NCBI RefSeq assembly: GCF_001194135.2 | Contig: NC_068984.1 | Span: 46,792,310 to 46,856,309 of the forward strand | From: Octopus bimaculoides | Lineage: Eukaryota | Length of the DNA: 64,000 bases | Direction of reading: 5' to 3' | Shown: positions 40,085-53,689 of the stretch, piece after piece | Layout of the letters: each line of letters starts with the position of its first letter | Position numbering within the stretch: position 1 is the first letter of the stretch | Notes under the pieces: generated by a model | What the model was told of the DNA's origin: nothing | Database searches by the model: none | The model's input: only the letters and a program-made list of their open reading frames with translations | Translations under genes and position numbers: made by a program

Positions 40085-40690
40085 TAATGCAGAATATTTT
40101 GACAAAACTTGCCGTCTGACAAAGGGTAGACCTCTTCATGTAGAAACTGTTCACGTTCGCCCTAGGGTGGAGAGTAACGTGCATTGTCATTTTCTTTCGG
40201 GTTGTGCGATCTTGTTGGTTAATCTCTGTTCGTGTCCATTTCAGGATGGGTGTAGTATAGCGGACTGCAGCAACAGCCCATATGTTGATGGCAGTCACAA
40301 GGTGTTTTGAGTTGAGTTTCGACTTCAAGAGAAGTCTGAGTCGTTCCAGCTATGCAGTGATAACCTTTTCATTCATTTCTCTGTGAAAGATATTGTCCAG
40401 CTCCATGATTCTAAGGTACTTGTACCCATAATCATCCAGGTCTTCCATCCGCTATCCGTTTGACAGTCCTATGCCCTTCCAATTCTCTCTTTCCCCCCGT
40501 TTCAAAGTCAGCATAGCACACTTTCGGACATCGAATTTCATCCCTATAGCTTTGCTGCACATTTTCACAGTCTCAACCACCCTCTTCATTTCAGCCTCTG
40601 GTTTTGCTAACAGTTTTATATCACCTATGAAGAGAAGGTGGTTGAGATGAGGTTCATTCATTCTCAGCCCATAGCACATGTCAAGAAAGA
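40085..40690 (-). mobile_element. R4/Dong-like LINE reverse transcriptase C-terminal half (pseudogenised)
   Basis: LNHLLFIGDIKLLAKPEAEMKRVVETVKMCSKAIGMKFDVRKCAMLTLKRG (decayed FMDD motif); YKYLGIMELD; KSKLNSKHLVTAINIWAVAAVRYTTPILKWTRTEINQQDRTTRKKMTMHVTLHPRANV. Confidence 0.9.
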
Positions 40691-40831
40691 GTAAACAACA
40701 CGTCGTTTGCAGTTTTAAGCATTGCGAGTGCACGAACTTAAAAGATTTATCCAAAAACGTTATTTCGCTGTTATTTTTAGCACACCTCACAACCACGTCA
40801 ATGACAAAAAGAAACGAGCAAGCAATGCATA

Positions 40832-40891
<60 letters not shown>

Positions 40892-40910
40892 GTTGTTGTT
40901 ATTATTATTA

Positions 40911-41230
40911 GTTACTCTTTATCACAGGTTTTGTTGAAGCTCCTAGAGTCTTGCAGGTGTGGCGGGCTTACTACCTGCAGTCTACTGTGCCATGCTATTC
41001 GTCCTTTTCAGCTATCTAATACTTCCTTGATTATTCTGGCCATGCCAGGGAGGAAAAACTTTTGTAACATTTCTACAGGGCATTCTATTCCAATTTCCAT
41101 TATATTCTCTTGGTGTCTTCTCATGCTGTGTTCTCAAAGACTCAACAATAATTCGTACTATTTTTACCGGTACGTTCATTTCTGGTATTAAATAGTTTTG
41201 CACGTTTAGTTTTTCGTACATTTTGTGTTA
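40911..41230 (-). mobile_element. 3' end of R4/Dong-like LINE
   Basis: VKIVRIIVESLRT / IGIECPVEMLQKFFLLGMARIIKEVLDS*, a short UTR, then (TAA)n (40832-40910 on the minus strand). Confidence 0.8.
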
Positions 41231-41602
41231 ACAAGTTTAAAGTACGCATTTCCCGATTGTTATTTGTGGGTTGAATAATACAGGTATTATGTAATTTATC
41301 TTTATTTTTTTTGTGCATGGTGTCCGGAGACAGAGATGGTCTGATATAGATTGGATCGTGATGTGGCGAGCATGTTTACACGTACTGTGCGAGCAATGGA
41401 GATGATATACATTTAAAATACATCATTTCATTTGGAAGATAGAAATGAATTTCAATGAGAATTACTTACTCGGATCGGATATAGTCCAGCACTTATGTCA
41501 GTTATTTTTGGTTTCATTTGGTGACTTTATTCCCGATGTTTTTGGATAGATTTCGGAGCAGTGTTTTATCGCTCTCACATGTTAAATGTCCCCGTTGTTA
41601 TC

Positions 41603-41632
41603 TCTTCTTCTTCTTCTTCTTCTTTTCCTCCT

Positions 41633-41664
<32 letters not shown>

Positions 41665-42022
41665 TTCTTCTTCTTCTTCTTCTTCTTCTTCTTCTTCTTT
41701 GTTTTCTTCTTCTTCTTCTTCTTCTTCTNNNNNNNNNNNNNNNNNNNNNNNNNNNNNNNNNNNNNNNNNNNNNNNNNNNNNNNNNNNNNNNNNNNNNNNN
41801 NNNNNNNNNNNNNNNNNNNNNNNNNNNNNNNNNNNNNNNNNNNNNNNNNNNNNNNNNNNNNNNNNNNNNNNNNNNNNNNNCCCCCTCTTCTTCTTCTTTT
41901 TCTTCTTCTTCTCCTTCTTCTCTTCCTCCTCCTCCTCCTCCTCATTCTTCTCCTTCTTCTTCTTCTTCTTCTTCTTCTTCTTCTTCTCCTTCTTCTTCTT
42001 CTTCTTTTTCTTCTTCTTCTTC
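41603..42022. repeat. (TTC)n/(TCC)n microsatellite spanning an assembly gap
   Basis: Read directly from the sequence; gap at 41729-41880. Confidence 0.95.
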
Positions 42023-42039
42023 TTTAGACTTGTCTGACC

Positions 42040-42310
42040 CCATGCAGCTTCATGTTTCGAATGCTCGTCACAGAAACCGAGCTCGTCGGTCTCCGGTGGC
42101 CGAGTAAGTACATGTAGGATCTCCAAGATGGCAACAGAAAATTGGGCTACTATTGGTCAAAGCAGATCACGTAGTCTTCTTGTAAATTATTCTGAACTTT
42201 CAGCGAGAATAAATGAGCCAAAACAGAGATTCCAAACTGAATTCTTTGTAACGCTTGGCTGCACAGGAATCTATGTAGGCGTCTTTTTTGTCTGAATAGC
42301 ATTTGAAGGA
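42040..42310 (+). mobile_element. Decayed RTE-like LINE C-terminus
   Basis: GLRWPS (cf. LRWxGH) and NSL*RLAAQESM*ASFLSE (cf. WE.LAADRS.WR). Confidence 0.4.
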
Positions 42311-43354
42311 AGTTAAGTGACACTGATGGCTGGTATGTGATTGTGTGTTTACACATACCGAACATACGCGTAGATGTGTAAGACCGTTTCCTGTGCGTGT
42401 GTGTCTGCTAGGTGTGTATGTAGAGGGGTTGTGTGTGAGTGTAAGCTGGCTGTGAATGAGGGCTGGCTGTATCACCTCAATGGTTCACATGTACATGTTT
42501 GCTCGGGCGTCAGTACGTGTATGTTTGTGTGCGAATCAGCTATGTGTATTTGACTGTGTTCGCATATAGGTGGGTATTTGTATCTGCTGTGTATATTGCC
42601 TACGAGTGCTTCAGTTGTGTGCGTGTGCATTAGATTCTGCCGTATTCACGAGTGGGATACATTTATGGGTATGTATGCGTAGAAGTGTCCGGTGTACATG
42701 AATATACACTTTTATGCATTGATATGTACATGTATGAACGTGTGCGTGTTTATCTGCATGGACGTGTGTGCATGCGTGCATATGTTTACCTTTGGTGTGT
42801 GTGTGTGTGGGGGGGTGTTTGTGTGTGCGTGTGTGTGTGTGTGTGAGAGTGTGTGTGTGTGTGTGTGCGCGCGCGCGAGCGTGTGTGTGCGCGCGCGCGA
42901 GCGTGTGTGTGTAGGGTCACTGTTGATCTATGCTCTGATGTGTGTACACAAAGGATTTTGATTGTCTGTGTGAGGACTGAATTTACTATTTCGCAGGACG
43001 TGGCAATCCGCGGTTGTTACAGCGCTATTAATGGTGGTAGGGGGTGGTTGAGATATGCCAATGGTAGTAAGAAAAGAAGAGAAGAAAATCATACATTTAC
43101 ATTTATAAAAGTATGAATGTAAATGTGCGGACAACAGGAATTTAAATGTGAGAAATTGTATAAAGTACATAAGGATTTGATGGCGAAAATGTCTTTTTTT
43201 AAATAAAATGATAGGCGCAGGAGTGTGTCATTATTATTATTGTATATTTAAAATTGTAAATATTTCATTGATACAGCTACTTCCCCTCTTTTATGTTTGT
43301 CTGTCCTTGTTCGTCCCCTCTTTGTAATGCCTTTATGGCAAATATATATGAAAT

Positions 43355-43700
43355 GAAGTACCTTTCTTACTAACCACATGGTTCCAGGTTCAGTCCCACT
43401 GCATGGCACCTTGGGCAAGTGTCTTCTACTATAGCCTCTGGCCGACCAAAGCCTTGTGAGTGGATTTGGTAGATGGAAACTGAAAGAAGGCCGTCGTAGA
43501 TATGTATATATATGTGTGTGCGTGTGTGTATATGTTTGTGTGTCTGTGCCTGTCCCCCCAACATCGCTTGACAACTTAGCGGTTCGGCAACAGTGACCGA
43601 TAGAATAAGTACTAGGCTTCCAAAGAATAAGTCCGGGGGTCAATTTGCTCGACTAAAGCTGGTGCTCCAGCATGGCCGCAATCAAATGACTGAAACAAGT

Positions 43701-43705
<5 letters not shown>
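43355..43705 (+). mobile_element. SINE family A, followed by (GA)n 43705-43830
   Basis: accacatggttccaggttcagtcccactgcatggcaccttgggcaagtgtcttctactatagcc...ctccagcatggccgcaatcaaatgactgaaacaagta. Confidence 0.92.
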
Positions 43706-43732
<27 letters not shown>

Positions 43733-43750
43733 TAGAGAAAGAGAGAGAGA

Positions 43751-43828
<78 letters not shown>

Positions 43829-44399
43829 TTGACAGATCAATATGTCTTTATAGAGCACCAGTTAGTATGCACTTTTTGTAACTGAAGTTATAGCATGCAA
43901 CTTATATTTTATTAATTTTGAAATTAGGATATACATTATTTGTCAATCCTTAAGATCCGTTAATATAGAATTTTGGGTTACGATGAATTTTAGTAACTGA
44001 AAAATGCTGGAGAAATCGATGTGAAATGACAATTAACAGTGATTTGGAAGAGTCATCCCGAAGTCTTTTGTGGTTTTCAGGGGTGCCTGCTTGTTTGTAT
44101 GCAATCATGACTAATGAAATGGGCGCAAATGGTTCTAGAGACTTAATATTATTTCATAATAACTGTGTTCACATGAGTGATTAGCAGGCATATATTAGAA
44201 ATATATTTTACAACAGGAAATACAGCCAAATATGAAATAATTAGATCGTGAAACAGCTGGCTGCAGACACACATAATTAAACACGTGCGCGTGGGCATCA
44301 GGATTAAATAAATTGCTTTGCATTATTTATTAGTGCGACTGTTTATTTCATAGTGTAATGGTTGATAAGCGATGAATAAAAGGAAACATTATATGTATT

Positions 44400-44605
44400 T
44401 TTTCTTCAATTCTTTTATTGTTTCAGACATTTGACTGCAGCCATGCTGGAATACCCCCTTTTGTCGAATTAATTGATCCCAGCAGTTATTCTTTGTATGC
44501 TCAGTATTTATTCTATCGGTCTGTTTTGCGAAACCACTAGGCTCTGGTGACTGAAACACACCAGCATCGGTTGTGGGTGGTCAGACACAGACATACAAAT
44601 ACACT

Positions 44606-44666
<61 letters not shown>

Positions 44667-44793
44667 GAGGAGCTTCTTTTAGTTTCCATCTACCAAATCC
44701 ACTCATAAGGTTTGGTCGGCCCAAGGCTGTAAAAAGCACTTACCCAAGGTGCCACGCAGTGGAACTGAACCTGGAAACATGTGGTTGGGAAGC
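44400..44793 (-). mobile_element. SINE family A (head runs into gap)
   Basis: Reverse complement of both halves with a central (CA)n(TA)n. Confidence 0.88.
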
Positions 44794-45597
44794 NNNNNNN
44801 NNNNNNNNNNNNNNNNNNNNNNNNNNNNNNNNNNNNNNNNNNNNNNNNNNNNNNNNNNNNNNNNNNNNNNNNNNNNNNNNNNNNNNNNNNNNNNNNNNNN
44901 NNNNNNNNNNNNNNNNNNNNNNNNNNNNNNNNNNNNNNNNNNNNNNNNNNNNNNNNNNNNNNNNNNNNNNNNNNNNNNNNNNNNNNNNNNNNNNNNNNNN
45001 NNNNNNNNNNNNNNNNNNNNNNNNNNNNNNNNNNNNNNNNNNNNNNNNNNNNNNNNNNNNNNNNNNNNNNNNNNNNNNNNNNNNNNNNNNNNNNNNNNNN
45101 NNNNNNNNNNNNNNNNNNNNNNNNNNNNNNNNNNNNNNNNNNNNNNNNNNNNNNNNNNNNNNNNNNNNNNNNNNNNNNNNNNNNNNNNNNNNNNNNNNNN
45201 NNNNNNNNNNNNNNNNNNNNNNNNNNNNNNNNNNNNNNNNNNNNNNNNNNNNNNNNNNNNNNNNNNNNNNNNNNNNNNNNNNNNNNNNNNNNNNNNNNNN
45301 NNNNNNNNNNNNNNNNNNNNNNNNNNNNNNNNNNNNNNNNNNNNNNNNNNNNNNNNNNNNNNNNNNNNNNNNNNNNNNNNNNNNNNNNNNNNNNNNNNNN
45401 NNNNNNNNNNNNNNNNNNNNNNNNNNNNNNNNNNNNNNNNNNNNNNNNNNNNNNNNNNNNNNNNNNNNNNNNNNNNNNNNNNNNNNNNNNNNNNNNNNNN
45501 NNNNNNNNNNNNNNNNNNNNNNNNNNNNNNNNNNNNNNNTATATATATATATATATATATATACTATATATTGGTATATATATATATATGTATATTG

Positions 45598-45639
<42 letters not shown>

Positions 45640-45878
45640 GCATATACTGTATACAGGTGTATATAATTATATATATGCATGCATGTATGTATTTATCAAT
45701 ATTTATGTAGGCAGCTGTTCCGGTTATCTCTCAACTACATTGCCTTATGACATTACACACACACACACACTTGCACAGACACACTCACACACACCATATA
45801 CGTGTGAGTGTGTGTTTCTCTTTGTGTGTGTGTGTGTGTGTGCGTGTCTGTGTGTGTATTTGTGTGTGTGTGTTTATA

Positions 45879-46741
45879 CGTGGTCTAAATAAGAATCGAT
45901 ACTGTTGTCATAGTAACGATGCTAAAGTATGCAGATTAGAGTCGTTTGTACGGCTGTGCGTGCGTACTAAGTTGTATCGTTCTATCTCACTTCCACCGTT
46001 TACATCAGTGCTTGGTAGAAATGTATGTAGCGTGTGACAGTTGCATTGACCATGATAAATTTGAGCAGAGAATTTGCATTAAAGTTTGCCAAAAGCTTGG
46101 CGATACCTGCTCAGAGGGCTAAGCAAAGTTTTCAAAAACTTTTCATCGTTCTCGACACAATCAAGTAGATCCTGTACAACTAAGTGTTCTTTTGGTCAGC
46201 TGAAAGCAGTTTTGGCGCAAATTTGGCAGACACGCGTCTCATACCCAAATCTTGAGTGATAATGGATTGAACTGAACCGTAATTAATCTGCACATCCTAT
46301 GATGACTCAACGATTGTGATGCAACGGTCTACCCACTCAGCTGTATCCACATCTGCGATGTTTTTCTCAGTTCTGTTGGTTGCGGGTCTCCCTGAATATT
46401 TGTGAATATGGACTTTTTTTTCAGCTATCTTGGAAACGTCTGACCCACTCTTACGCTTGTGTGCGGCTCATACACTCCTCTCCATACACTTTCGGCAACT
46501 TTGTGTAGGCCTCTGGGCAGGTATCACCATGACAGCTTTCTCTGTCATTGTCAATGCGACAGTCATACGCTACACACCTTCCTTCAAGCATTGATGTAAA
46601 CAGCGGAAATGAGTTAGAGCGTGAAGTCTTAGTGTGTATGGACAGCAGAGTCCAAGGTCAATTTGAGCCAAATGGCTTTGTTCTGCGTTCTTTAGCATCG
46701 TTACTATGGCAACAGTCCGGATACTTATTGATCTGACATTC
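45879..46741. mobile_element. Mariner/Tc1 fold-back derivative made of two convergent left ends
   Basis: TA-flanked termini (cgtggtctaaataagaatcgatactgttgtcatagtaacgatgctaaag, with its reverse-complement counterpart at 46690-46741). The + strand encodes KFEQRICIKVCQKLGDTCSE. The - strand encodes GDTCPEAYTKLPKVYGEECMSRTQA..SGRP..QDLGMRRVSAKFAPKLLSADQK..DEKFLKTL. Confidence 0.88.
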
Positions 46742-48427
46742 TACATACCTCCTAAAAACTAGTGAGGCTTGGGACAAAACAGAATATATGTTTTATTGGA
46801 TGCATGTTTTGGATAAAAGGGTTGATAGTCAGGCATCCCGTATTGAGATTTTCTTCCTAAGTGGTCTGATACTGATTCTGATTCTGTGAACTGTATATTC
46901 TTACATACACGACCCTGACTACACGTCGTGTCCTCACTCATAGCATTCTTTTCACGTAACTTCTGTCTACTCGTAGTTACTGTGATGTTCACACACTTGC
47001 ATGCTCACCACAATCACAGATATTCTGACAAACATCCACAGTGAATAAGAATACAGGTACTGCAAAACTTGCGGAGACAGTATATTTTGACAACCTATCT
47101 TCCTAGTTTATGGTTGTTTGTCAACTGGCATGCATTTAATTATGCTTCGATGAATTCAATTGTGCTTTAATTTTTATATATCACTTTTCAAATTTAATCT
47201 ACATTAAAGGTCTTCTTCACCTGCTAATTTATCCGATCATTTGCTTATTATCATGTTCCTACAATTAATCATATATTTTGTTGCACCGTAATTTTTATCC
47301 TATGTTCCCTATTCCTCCTCATGTTCGGCTCATTTTGTCTGCACGCTTTAACGACTGCTAATATATGATGTTATCACTTCGTTTCTTTGTTTCCCTCTGT
47401 TTTCTTCACATTTATATTTACCTTGTTTCGTTTATTCCTTCCTTTCATTTACACCTTCTCGTTTTTGCTTCCTCTACGTCATCATAATCATCATAATCAT
47501 CACATCATCAACAACTACGTTTTCCTTCCCATTCATTCTTTCTCCTTTTGTCTTTCTGCTTCATCATTATTACTATAGTATTACCATTTTTATAATTTAT
47601 TTCTTATACTTCTACATTTTCACTTTCTTTATCTTTGTTTTTATGGCATTCTATCGTCTCCCGCTTGTATGTCTATTTTGTTTGCACTTTCATCATCCAA
47701 TATTCATCATCAACATCCTCATCGTGAGTGGCATCAGCACCACAGCACCAACAGCATCTTCATACACTTCACTTTCGTATATTTTCTACATATTTACACA
47801 ACCAGACACTATCCGTCAGAGAAAATTCCTTAGAAACTAAACTTGGACACATTATAAAAACTAACAAAGGCAAAGTGAAACTAAATAAAAAGACAGAAAG
47901 AAAATTGTAAACGTAAACGTAAGGCATTTGGGATTTCAGTATACAAAGAAACATGATATTAAATTATAGGAAAAGAAAGAGAAAAACATCGACGCGGTTA
48001 AATGGATCAAACAGCTTCACATCTTGCTCAAGTTTATTAATTTGTGTATTTGACTTGTTAACGATATTGGCATGTGCAATATTTTCTCACTTTTAATCTG
48101 ATTTATTGTAGAAGTTATGTATAGTATGCATAAACAATTATATAGTTTCACAGAGCCATTGTATACTTTAAAGTACTGAATAAATATTTCTCTTTCTGTA
48201 GTATAAAAAAGAGCCAACAAATATGAGGCATACCAAAGAAAAGTTGTTGGTAGCTTCTCTCGTGTCGGAATTATATATTACTTTACTTCTTTCATGCGTT
48301 CCAGCTCAGAGGACGTGGCCATGCTAAAGCGTGTCTATTGAACTGAACACTTCGGGCAGGACATAGATACATGTGAGAGAGTGTGCACATGTATAGCGCA
48401 CATTTGAATGTATTATATATATACATA

Positions 48428-48600
48428 TAAGCGCAGAATTGGCTGTGTTGTAAGAAGTTTACTTTCCAGTCACATGGTTCCGGATTCAGTCACAGTTTTT
48501 AAATTTGGGCAAGTGTTTTCTATAATAAACTCGAGCCGACCAAAGCTTTGTGAGAAGATTTAGTAGACAGAAACTGAAAGAAGCCCATCGTGTACATATA
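48428..48600 (+). mobile_element. SINE family A, 5' half only
   Basis: gcgcagaattggctgtgttgtaagaag...gccgaccaaagctttgtgag...agaaactgaaagaagcccatcg, followed by a microsatellite. Confidence 0.82.
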
Positions 48601-50065
48601 TGTGTGTGAGTGTGTGTGTATGTGTGTGTGCGCGCACACACACACACACACACACATGCACGTACACAGAACACACACACACAAATAATGTGCTTATACA
48701 CACATACGTATATTTATTTACACCCTCATTTATTCAGAAATCATTTTTCACCTTGTTCTACACAATAGGATGGTGGTGGTGCAACATGAGTAGAAGACAT
48801 CGGCAAGTGCAACGGTTTCATCAAGACCTAGCTGTTTTCGATATATAGTTGCATATGTTGTCGACTAACAGATGAATGCGTAACGTTTTAATGAATTGTT
48901 TTTTTTTTTTCTGGTTGGAGGAATAGCATCAAGATTGGTTTCGTAAAGCATTTGTATCTCAAATATTCTTTTGTCATGCTTGCATTAGGTTCTTGAGACT
49001 GAGTTTCCAAGCTCCTTTGTTATGCATGATAGCCGGTTTCTTGTGTGTTCGTATGCTAGTTAAGTGGAACTAGACTGTCATTACTGACGTTAATGCGGAT
49101 AATTACTGTCTGCACTTCTTTATTTCATGTTTTTCAGTATGTAAATTATAGAAAGGTGTGTCAATTATCATAGACTCGCTCGTTTAAATTCTTTGTTATT
49201 TCTATNNNNNNNNNNNNNNNNNNNNNNNNNNNNNNNNNNNNNNNNNNNNNNNNNNNNNNNNNNNNNNNNNNNNNNNNNNNNNNNNNNNNNNNNNNNNNNN
49301 NNNNNNNNNNNNNNNNNNNNNNNNNNNNNNNNNNNNNNNNNNNNNNNNNNNNNNNNNNNNNNNNNNNNNNNNNNNNNNNNNNNNNNNNNNNNNNNNNNNN
49401 NNNNNNNNNNNNNNNNNNNNNNNNNNNNNNNNNNNNNNNNNNNNNNNNNNNNNNNNNNNNNNNNNNNNNNNNNNNNNNNNNNNNNNNNNNNNNNNNNNNN
49501 NNNNNNNNNNNNNNNNNNNNNNNNNNNNNNNNNNNNNNNNNNNNNNNNNNNNNNNNNNNNNNNNNNNNNNNNNNNNNNNNNNNNNNNNNNNNNNNNNNNN
49601 NNNNNNNNNNNNNNNNNNNNNNNNNNNNNNNNNNNNNNNNNNNNNNNNNNNNNNNNNNNNNNNNNNNNNNNNNNNNNNNNNNNNNNNNNNNNNNNNNNNN
49701 NNNNNNNNNNNNNNNNNNNNNNNNNNNNNNNNNNNNNNNNNNNNNNNNNNNNNNNNNNNNNNNNNNNNNNNNNNNNNNNNNNNNNNNNNNNNNNNNNNNN
49801 NNNNNNNNNNNNNNNNNNNNNNNNNNNNNNNNNNNNNNNNNNNNNNNNNNNNNNNNNNNNNNNNNNNNNNNNNNNNNNNNNNNNNNNNNNNNNNNNNNNN
49901 NNNNNNNNNNNNNNNNNNNNNNNNNNNNNNNNNNNNNNNNNNNNNNNNNNNNNNNNNNNNNNNNNNNNNNNNTATATATATATATTTATATATATATATA
50001 CATATATATGCATTTATATATATATATATATATATATACATACATTTATATATATATATACACAT

Positions 50066-50104
<39 letters not shown>

Positions 50105-50289
50105 CATACATACATACATATATACATACATACTTATGTACATACATACATACTACATACTCAGACTCAGAGACACACCCACACCCACATATAAAATAAG
50201 AAGATAGGAAGAACATGCTGTAATCACAAGTCACAATAACACTTTCTGTGCACTGTTAACAGCTGTGCGTTGATGAATTTTCCATATCA

Positions 50290-50770
50290 TACTATTATAT
50301 AAATATATAAATATCAGCTGGCGTTGGCCATGTACCTGCACGTCGTCAGGTGAATGGCGTTGCAAGGATACACTTCCGGATTTCCACATATATATCCAGT
50401 AAAATGAATGAGTCTCCTCCATGATAACATATGGTAGCCGATAATAGTATAGAAACTTTGAAAAAATGTATTTACTCTCTTGTGCGAAAGCGCGACGGAC
50501 ATGTAATAATCTACATATGTAAAACTCTAGAAGGGCTAGTACCCAATTTCGACTTTGAATTTTATACAAATGCCAGAACTGAATGCCATTTGTGTTATAC
50601 CAAGGTACCATTCACTCAAAGGCTCACAGCTATACCATACCACAAAAATTAAGAAACCTACATAATATGGAAGAGCATGTGTTCAACAAAAGCACTAGAT
50701 GTCCTATTCATAATACCGGATGAACCAATGATCCGACATGAGTGCAGTGGAATCAGACTCTTTTATACAC
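50290..50770 (+). mobile_element. CR1/L2-group LINE 3' coding remnant
   Basis: ETLKKCIYSLVRKRDGHVIIYICKTLEGLVPNFDFEFYTNART (cf. YWERL..L.LYSL.RRR.R..II..WK...GLVPN) and LDVLFIIPDEP (cf. LD..L..VPDEP). Confidence 0.75.
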
Positions 50771-51388
50771 CAAATAGGCTATTATCATATTCTATTATCA
50801 TAACAATTTGGATATTTAAAAATAAAATATAGATATTTTGAAATAATTACGAGAATATATCTTTATATTTGTTCTTTACTAATCTGAAAAATTCAACAGC
50901 AGTAACCCGGACAACGTCAGGTGATTGAGGTTATGTGTTTATATATATATATAATGAGAAGCACAGCTATTTAAATCCTTGCAAAAATATCTGAGGAATC
51001 TTCACAGAAGGTGGGTAGATGTTTTCAAGAAACAACTCGATCTCCTATATCAGGGTAAAATAGTCAAAAGCGGGCAACTATGTCGAACTCACTCTTTCAC
51101 CAAAAGCCAATTACATAAGAATGGCAACTGAAAAGGTGATTACATTGGCGATGCTACAGCATATGTGCTGAAACATATAATAATAAAAGATATATAAATA
51201 TATATATATNNNNNNNNNNNNNNNNNNNNNNNNNNNNNNNNNNNNNNNNNNNNNNNNNNNNNNNNNNNNNNNNNNNNNNNNNNNNNNNNNNNNNNNNNNN
51301 NNNNNNNNNNNNNNNNNNNNNNNNNNNNNNNNNNNNNNNNNNNNNNNNNNNNNNNNNNNNNNNNNNNNNNNNNNNNNNNNNNNNNNNN

Positions 51389-51438
<50 letters not shown>

Positions 51439-53649
51439 CATAATATATTTATATGTGTATGTATAATTAGATGCAGCTATATAGATGAATATAAAAATGC
51501 CTAGATTGATAAATAGTTTGTTTGTAGCATGGCTAGATTGTTTCGAGAGAGATATTAGAATTCATCATTCAGTTATATATTTAGAACCATCTAATTATGT
51601 ATGATATCATAGTATATTGACAAGAACTATTGATGTTCGTGTATATAGCTAAATAAAATAGGAAACACTATCAGCGCTGAATCATAATTTTTAGCAGTAG
51701 ATTATGCCGCCAAATTGCCAAGAATCGTTTCCATAACTACGAAAGTGGAAAACTGTAAAAGTATTCCGATAAATCTACATCCATAAGTATTCCTATTGCC
51801 AAGTAATAAAAGATTATGTCAGCACGTTTTCCATTTACATCATGCACATGTATGGTACACCGAGGCTGCAACCGGTAATTACCTGTCATATATTCCAAGT
51901 TACTTTCGTATTTAATAAATTCTGTTTAATAACTTTTACCAATCGCATACTTGAAACTATGATCAAACCACTATACATCAATTTCTATTCACGTCTACAT
52001 TCTATACACTTACAACCATTACAACTGAGGGCATTTTTTTTCTTCCAGTTTTCCCATAATTCTTTTGCCATTACCTGATAATAATTCCAATAGAAATTGC
52101 CTTGTTTTCCATGGAAATTATTACCTGAAAACCAAATATCACTGTAAAGAGTATTATGCGCTTTCATAGACAATCGCATTTGTCATATCTATCACTTCCA
52201 TTTGAAATTTTGCAAAAGTCCCATTATTTTCGTCTAAATAATGCCTTGCTAAAATCACAGATATAATACCCTTACTTCCAACAATGAAGTAAATTCACTT
52301 AATAATTATAATATTTCAAAGCGTTATAGAGTGGTTGAGTTGAAAAGTGAGGTTCACAATACCCTGTTTTCGTGACGAACATTTACTCTCTGAGCTGCAA
52401 TCAAAGCGCGGCAGATTGAAACTACCATTTTTTCGTAATGTATGAAATAAATACCAGCTTAATACTTGGTTAATACGATGAGCTATATCCATATCCCTCA
52501 CTAAAGAATTAGTGTCCTTATCAAATACGTCAAATGCATCTCATAATATCAACTTTATTGCTAAAGCGATGAAAGCTGCAACTTTTAACAATGTATAACA
52601 AAAGTCAACCTGATGTTCAACTCCTAAGTGGCTAATTCGATTTTCCATTTGATAATAATCCATTTCAATACTTATACCCAAAATGTTATAATCTCATTTC
52701 CCGCATATTCCGATATTTGACTAGCGACTGTTAACAATTTTCACGACTCCTATGACTTTATATTTTATATTATCTTATTTTTATATTTTTACATTTTATT
52801 TCTTGAAACCCTCGTATTCAAATACATTATTATTCCTGTATTTTTTATAACAAAAACATGTGCTGTCTCCGTACGCATTTATACATCGTCTATTTCATTT
52901 GTACAATTTGTATCATCTACATTTTTGTATACTAAGGAGTTTTTGTATATGAATCTTTTTTTAAACAGTAAATTTTAAGCTTAAAATTTCATACACTAGT
53001 TTTATGCTTATTTAATACACCAGTTTTATATTTAATTAAGCTACTATGTAGCTTAAATATCTTAATAGTGAAAATAAATCTCGGAATTTAGATACTTTAA
53101 ATTTCTTCTTAGTTAATATTAATTTTTTAAAAATCTTAATCCTTTAATTTCTTATTCTTTTCATTTTTCTTTAACTCTTTAATGATTAGCGCAACAGTTA
53201 GCTCACACAAATCAGCATGAACAAAACAGAAACCATTGTGGAGTAATATTTATCCCCATCTAAATATTGATTTTCTGCTAGAACAAACCATAATACGATA
53301 GATATTATGAGAGAAACTCTCATATTGTCTTTTGGTGCAAAATGCACTCTTCTTTATATCGCTTACGGGGAATATAATTCTCCGCTACCTCCAGCGCATT
53401 GACTACCAAGTCACGTGATCTCAACTGTCTTTGGTCTTGTCCATAAGGGACGCTTGACTGCTAAAGATAACAGCTACTCATCTAAGCGCCAAGGATATGT
53501 AGAAAAAGAGTGCCTGCCAGAACAGGTGCTGGAGTACGAAATAGAAACCATTAATTACATAACCGTAGTCTTGAGGCAGAACGATAATGAAACAGATGTA
53601 ACTGGTATTAAGCTTATGCAATATTTATGTTTTCATATTTGCGTCTGTG

Positions 53650-53689
<40 letters not shown>

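Noticed and set aside
42050-42075. Hammerhead-like TGACGA..GAAACATG on the minus strand
   Set aside because: Stem II too short and G at the cleavage position.
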